Positions 38,707 through 41,968 of a stretch of 41,968 nucleotides of DNA are shown here, one piece after another (the first letter of the stretch is position 1; every line of letters starts with the position of its first letter). The DNA is from a virus (Duplodnaviria > Heunggongvirae > Uroviricota > Caudoviricetes): IMG/VR virus record IMGVR_UViG_2563366992_000001, positions 1 to 41,968 of that record; one strand, 5' to 3'. The notes below the pieces were generated by a model. That model was not told the origin of the DNA and made no database searches. It saw nothing but the letters and a program-made list of their open reading frames with translations. Both the position numbers and the translations under genes were made by a program.

Positions 38707-40026
38707 ATGTGCAATAAGTTATCAGGGTGTTTTCATGCTGTCGGAAATGGAACTTTTTTTACTTCAAAAATCCGAGGGGAAGATGGCAATGTATTTAACT
38801 GGGGTTATGACTGTGGCTCTACAAGTGAAAATGCCATAAATAACATAATTAACTCATCTTATATGGAGTTTGAAGACGGTGATAGTATAGATATGATGGT
38901 CATTTCTCATTTTGACGATGATCATGTTAACGGATTGATAACTCTATTAAGAAAGCACACAATAAAAAGATTGGTACTTCCTTATAGTGATTGGGCTCAG
39001 TCTATTAGGGAAATATGTATAGATGGATTCCATGGGTTATCACGTTCTGCCGCACTTTTTCAGTTAAACCCAGCACTATGGTTATATAATAACGATCTTT
39101 CAAATCGTGTGGAAAAAATAATTTTAGTACAAGGCAATGGTGGACCAGAGAATCCTGAGGAACCGATAACTCCTGAAAATCCTCCGAACAATCATGATGA
39201 ACCTTTGATACTAAGAGATGATTCGGAGGAATTAAACGATCCTGAACAAGAAAGACACATAAATGATGCCAAGGATAATATGTTTATTGATTTAGGCATG
39301 CCAATCAATAGTAGCGGAATGAAAATATCAAAAATCAACCACATGCAACCTATTGGTGCACTCGACGGTATTTTTGAATTTGTATTTTATAATGCTGAAA
39401 AAACATTTAAAAAACTCAATCTTGTGTATGAGAAAGATGAGGAATTTTACGCCATAAAATCTCATGTTAAACTTGCCGATGCTAAGAAAGATATTCAAGA
39501 AACAATTGAGAGTATTAACCTACACCGAAGTATCAACTCTAGTATTGATGTACAATGGCGGGAGAAGTTAAAGATTTGCTACCAAAAACATTTCGGTAGC
39601 ACCAATAAGGCCCAGAACAATATTTCTTTATGTATGTATGCGTCACCTAAAATCACCCCGCATGATGGCCTTTTCTTTTTCGGTCAATGTCAGGAAAGTT
39701 ACAATATTCATTCTTCTGGTTTGATATTTACAGGGGATATTAATCTGACAACCCCTGTTCTAGATGATTTAAAGTCTCATCTGGGCGTTGATCGATGGAT
39801 GAATTGTGGATTGTTTCAGATCCCTCATCATGGTTCGGCGACGTGCTGGGAGAAAGGACATACTAAAAGGATCAAACCTGCTTATTTTGTTCAATGTGCA
39901 AACCCTACATTAAAACATCCCAGTCAGTTTGTTTTAGATGATTTGAATGGTGAAAAAAGCATTGTTTATAATGCATCCCGACAAAATCCAGTACATTTTT
40001 CATACTTTTTCAAAAAGTATATGTAA
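38707..40026 (+). CDS. standalone ComEC/Rec2-like metallo-beta-lactamase-fold hydrolase (putative nuclease)
   Basis: Motifs CFHAVGNGTFF, SHFDDDHVNG (H-x-D-x-D-H), FTGDI, QIPHHGS and KHPSQ in the order seen in ComEC-type MBL domains; AT-rich; AAGGGAG RBS. Confidence 0.55.
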   Translation: MCNKLSGCFHAVGNGTFFTSKIRGEDGNVFNWGYDCGSTSENAINNIINSSYMEFEDGDSIDMMVISHFDDDHVNGLITLLRKHTIKRLVLPYSDWAQSIREICIDGFHGLSRSAALFQLNPALWLYNNDLSNRVEKIILVQGNGGPENPEEPITPENPPNNHDEPLILRDDSEELNDPEQERHINDAKDNMFIDLGMPINSSGMKISKINHMQPIGALDGIFEFVFYNAEKTFKKLNLVYEKDEEFYAIKSHVKLADAKKDIQETIESINLHRSINSSIDVQWREKLKICYQKHFGSTNKAQNNISLCMYASPKITPHDGLFFFGQCQESYNIHSSGLIFTGDINLTTPVLDDLKSHLGVDRWMNCGLFQIPHHGSATCWEKGHTKRIKPAYFVQCANPTLKHPSQFVLDDLNGEKSIVYNASRQNPVHFSYFFKKYM

Positions 40027-40138
40027 GAATAAACTATCGAGGTTTGTCGGAAAACAAAGCTGTTAGGGTAATGTTATGTTGTAATATTATCCGTCTATAA
40101 TTGAATGCTGAGTCCGCTGATCGCTCTTGAAGGACAAC

Positions 40139-40177
40139 CATACTCAAATCTCTCACATTGCAGGAGATTTGAGTATG
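40139..40177. repeat. perfect 14-bp inverted repeat with 11-bp spacer spanning the recombinase RBS and start codon
   Basis: CATACTCAAATCTC (40139..40152) and GAGATTTGAGTATG (40164..40177); the ATG at 40175 lies in the right arm. Confidence 0.7.
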
Positions 40178-40777
40178 AACACGTTACCGTGGAACAAAGA
40201 CCGTATCATCGGCCAAAAAAGACCGCTTCAGATATCTCATATCTGGGGGATCCGAATCAGGCTTGAACTGGAAGGTAAAACGCGCGATCTGGCCCTGTTC
40301 AACATGGCTTTGGACAGTAAGCTACGGGGCTGTGATCTGGTTAAACTAAAAGTATCAGATGTTGCATATGGTAGCTCTGTTTCAAGCAGAGCAACGGTGT
40401 TGCAGCAGAAAACCGGTAGCCCTGTGCAATTTGAGATAACTAAAGGGACTAGAGAAGCCGTTACTGCATTGATAAAGCTTAGTAATTTGCATAGTAAAGA
40501 CTACTTGTTCCGATCTCGGGTCGGTACTAACCGGCACATATCAACCCGGCAATACAACCGAATTTTTCATGGATGGATAGAAAAGCTTGGTCTCGAAGAT
40601 TCGCTTTACAGCACACATTCCATGAGAAGAACAAAACCTTACCTGATCTACAAGAAAACCAAGAATCTCCGAGTGATCCAACTTCTGTTGGGCCATAAGA
40701 AACTGGAAAGTACAGTCCGTTATCTGGGCATTGAAGTCGATGATGCGTTAGAGATCTCTGAATCGATTGAAGTCTAA
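40175..40777 (+). CDS. small tyrosine recombinase, FimB/FimE-like size (200 aa), catalytic domain only
   Basis: Catalytic residues in order: LRGCDLVKLKVSDV (Arg I), HSMRRT (H-x-x-R), LLGH, TVRYLG (Tyr); no arm-binding N-domain; ATG at 40175 with AGGAG RBS. Confidence 0.65.
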   Translation: MNTLPWNKDRIIGQKRPLQISHIWGIRIRLELEGKTRDLALFNMALDSKLRGCDLVKLKVSDVAYGSSVSSRATVLQQKTGSPVQFEITKGTREAVTALIKLSNLHSKDYLFRSRVGTNRHISTRQYNRIFHGWIEKLGLEDSLYSTHSMRRTKPYLIYKKTKNLRVIQLLLGHKKLESTVRYLGIEVDDALEISESIEV

Positions 40778-40783
40778 GGTTGT

Positions 40784-40805
40784 CAGGGCTGCGATAGCAG
40801 CCCTG
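40784..40805 (+). other. perfect 9-bp stem / GATA tetraloop hairpin after the recombinase (no U-tract)
   Basis: CAGGGCTGC GATA GCAGCCCTG. Confidence 0.4.
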
Positions 40806-40866
40806 TGCCAAGAACGGACTTTCTTGGTTCTGTTATTAATTATGGAGATAAGAAATTTATTTATGG

Positions 40867-40925
40867 CACTATAATGAGACTTAGGAAATAAGGGGTTAAG
40901 CTATATGACACTATAAGAACTAAGG
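40867..40925 (+). promoter_or_regulatory. paired direct repeats containing -10-like hexamers upstream of the last gene
   Basis: CACTATAATGAGACTTAGG (40867..40885) and CACTATAAGAACTAAGG (40909..40925). Confidence 0.35.
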
Positions 40926-40972
40926 ATGGGTTTCTAACGGATGAGTATATAACCAATTTAATAGGTGTTACT

Positions 40973-41968
40973 ATGAACGGAATTTGGTATAAAAACACAC
41001 ATACTCGCATTCCTCGCTTTGAATCTACAACTCATATTAATCAGAAAGTAGGTTATGCTTATGAAACATCAAGCCATTTCGTGCACTTTTATGGGCGTGA
41101 TGTTGGATTCAATGTTGTTTCAGTCGGATTAACTGTTGTTGAGCATAAAAATGGAAATCTAGATGAGTGGGTGCAAAGGGTTTTTGGCGCTCAAGATATC
41201 CAGCCATTGAACAAAGAGGTTGGGCATGTCACTCAAGGGGTGTGGAGACCTTCTCTTTACTATATGAAAGATATCGAAGTCGCGCTAGGTATTGATGAGT
41301 TTGAAAAACGCGCATCAGAACAAGCTCTACGAGTTCTCATTGAAAAAATTGATGATATTTTATTATATGTTGAACCTAGCTCTAGTGGGTTAAATTCATA
41401 TAGCCATAAATGCAGAGAGTTGTTGATTCTCGCATGTACTGAGGTTGAAAACCAATGGGTGTCAATAATAAATAAAACAAATGGATTCAAGTCAAATGCA
41501 AGGTACAATACCAATGATTACATTAAACTTTTGGATAAATGTTTTTTAAAAGACTTCAGAATACAGTACTGTAATTATCATGGCCTTAGGTTCTTTAAAC
41601 CATTTGATAGTTGGTCTATAGCCAATCCAACCACATCATTAAGATGGTATGACGCATATAATAAAACAAAACATGACAGATCTGGCGCATTTTATTTTTC
41701 AACTCTGGAAAATGTGATGGAAGCAGTAGCTGCATGTATTGTGTTGTATTGCGTAAAATATGGACCATTTAGTTTAACAGAGTCTAAAACAACGTTATCA
41801 ACAATTGTAAATCAACACTTTTCCATTTCATTTGAAAATAGTGACCCTGCAAATTATTACATTCCTGAAATTGAACTTCCACAAGGTTCTAGAGGTGATT
41901 TGTTTCTTTATGATTGTTATCGTGAAGGGCATAATAAAAATTGGATTAAAGACTCTTTGATTATATAG
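40973..41968 (+). CDS. hypothetical protein (331 aa), AT-rich cargo gene
   Basis: ORF with AGGTG RBS; no motif I can place; stop codon is the last triplet of the window. Confidence 0.5.
   Translation: MNGIWYKNTHTRIPRFESTTHINQKVGYAYETSSHFVHFYGRDVGFNVVSVGLTVVEHKNGNLDEWVQRVFGAQDIQPLNKEVGHVTQGVWRPSLYYMKDIEVALGIDEFEKRASEQALRVLIEKIDDILLYVEPSSSGLNSYSHKCRELLILACTEVENQWVSIINKTNGFKSNARYNTNDYIKLLDKCFLKDFRIQYCNYHGLRFFKPFDSWSIANPTTSLRWYDAYNKTKHDRSGAFYFSTLENVMEAVAACIVLYCVKYGPFSLTESKTTLSTIVNQHFSISFENSDPANYYIPEIELPQGSRGDLFLYDCYREGHNKNWIKDSLII

Overview
The window starts with a complete proA gene (1..1254) and tRNA-Thr thrW (1369..1444). Everything from about 1445 to the window end is an integrated prophage whose right attachment site I could not find in the window. 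All calls rest on reading the sequence and the supplied ORF track, with no database search; family names are recognition from memory and need HMM or BLAST confirmation. The prophage is a mosaic: a lambda-type integrase/excisionase and early-left operon (1459..5423); a cI / cro immunity region (6506..8019); replication and 'nin-like' genes (replication initiator with internal iterons, Dam methylase, LexA-DBD-only protein, RusA, KilA-N, DUF968, lambda-type Q); a lambda-like lysis cassette (holin, R, Rz/Rz1); an HK97-type head module (HNH, terminases, portal, protease, capsid); and a Mu/e14-type contractile tail ending in a Pin-invertible tail-fibre segment (34879..36760) and pin (36816..37370). 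The most interesting parts are the accessory loci. First, an AT-rich cargo island after pin (37371..41968), at the position where e14 carries mcrA, encodes a GIY-YIG protein flanked by a duplicated pin 3' end, a standalone ComEC-like MBL-fold hydrolase, a FimB/FimE-sized tyrosine recombinase whose start codon sits inside a perfect 14-bp inverted repeat, and a 331-aa unknown protein. Second, a single-gene AT-rich moron (13953..14738) sits between the Q-dependent late promoter and the holin, at the stx-equivalent position, and carries an R-x4-H (HEPN-like) motif. Third, a 437-bp non-coding region (5424..5860) is packed with nested inverted repeats. I regard the post-pin island and the Q-holin moron as the best candidates for an undescribed defence or exclusion system.
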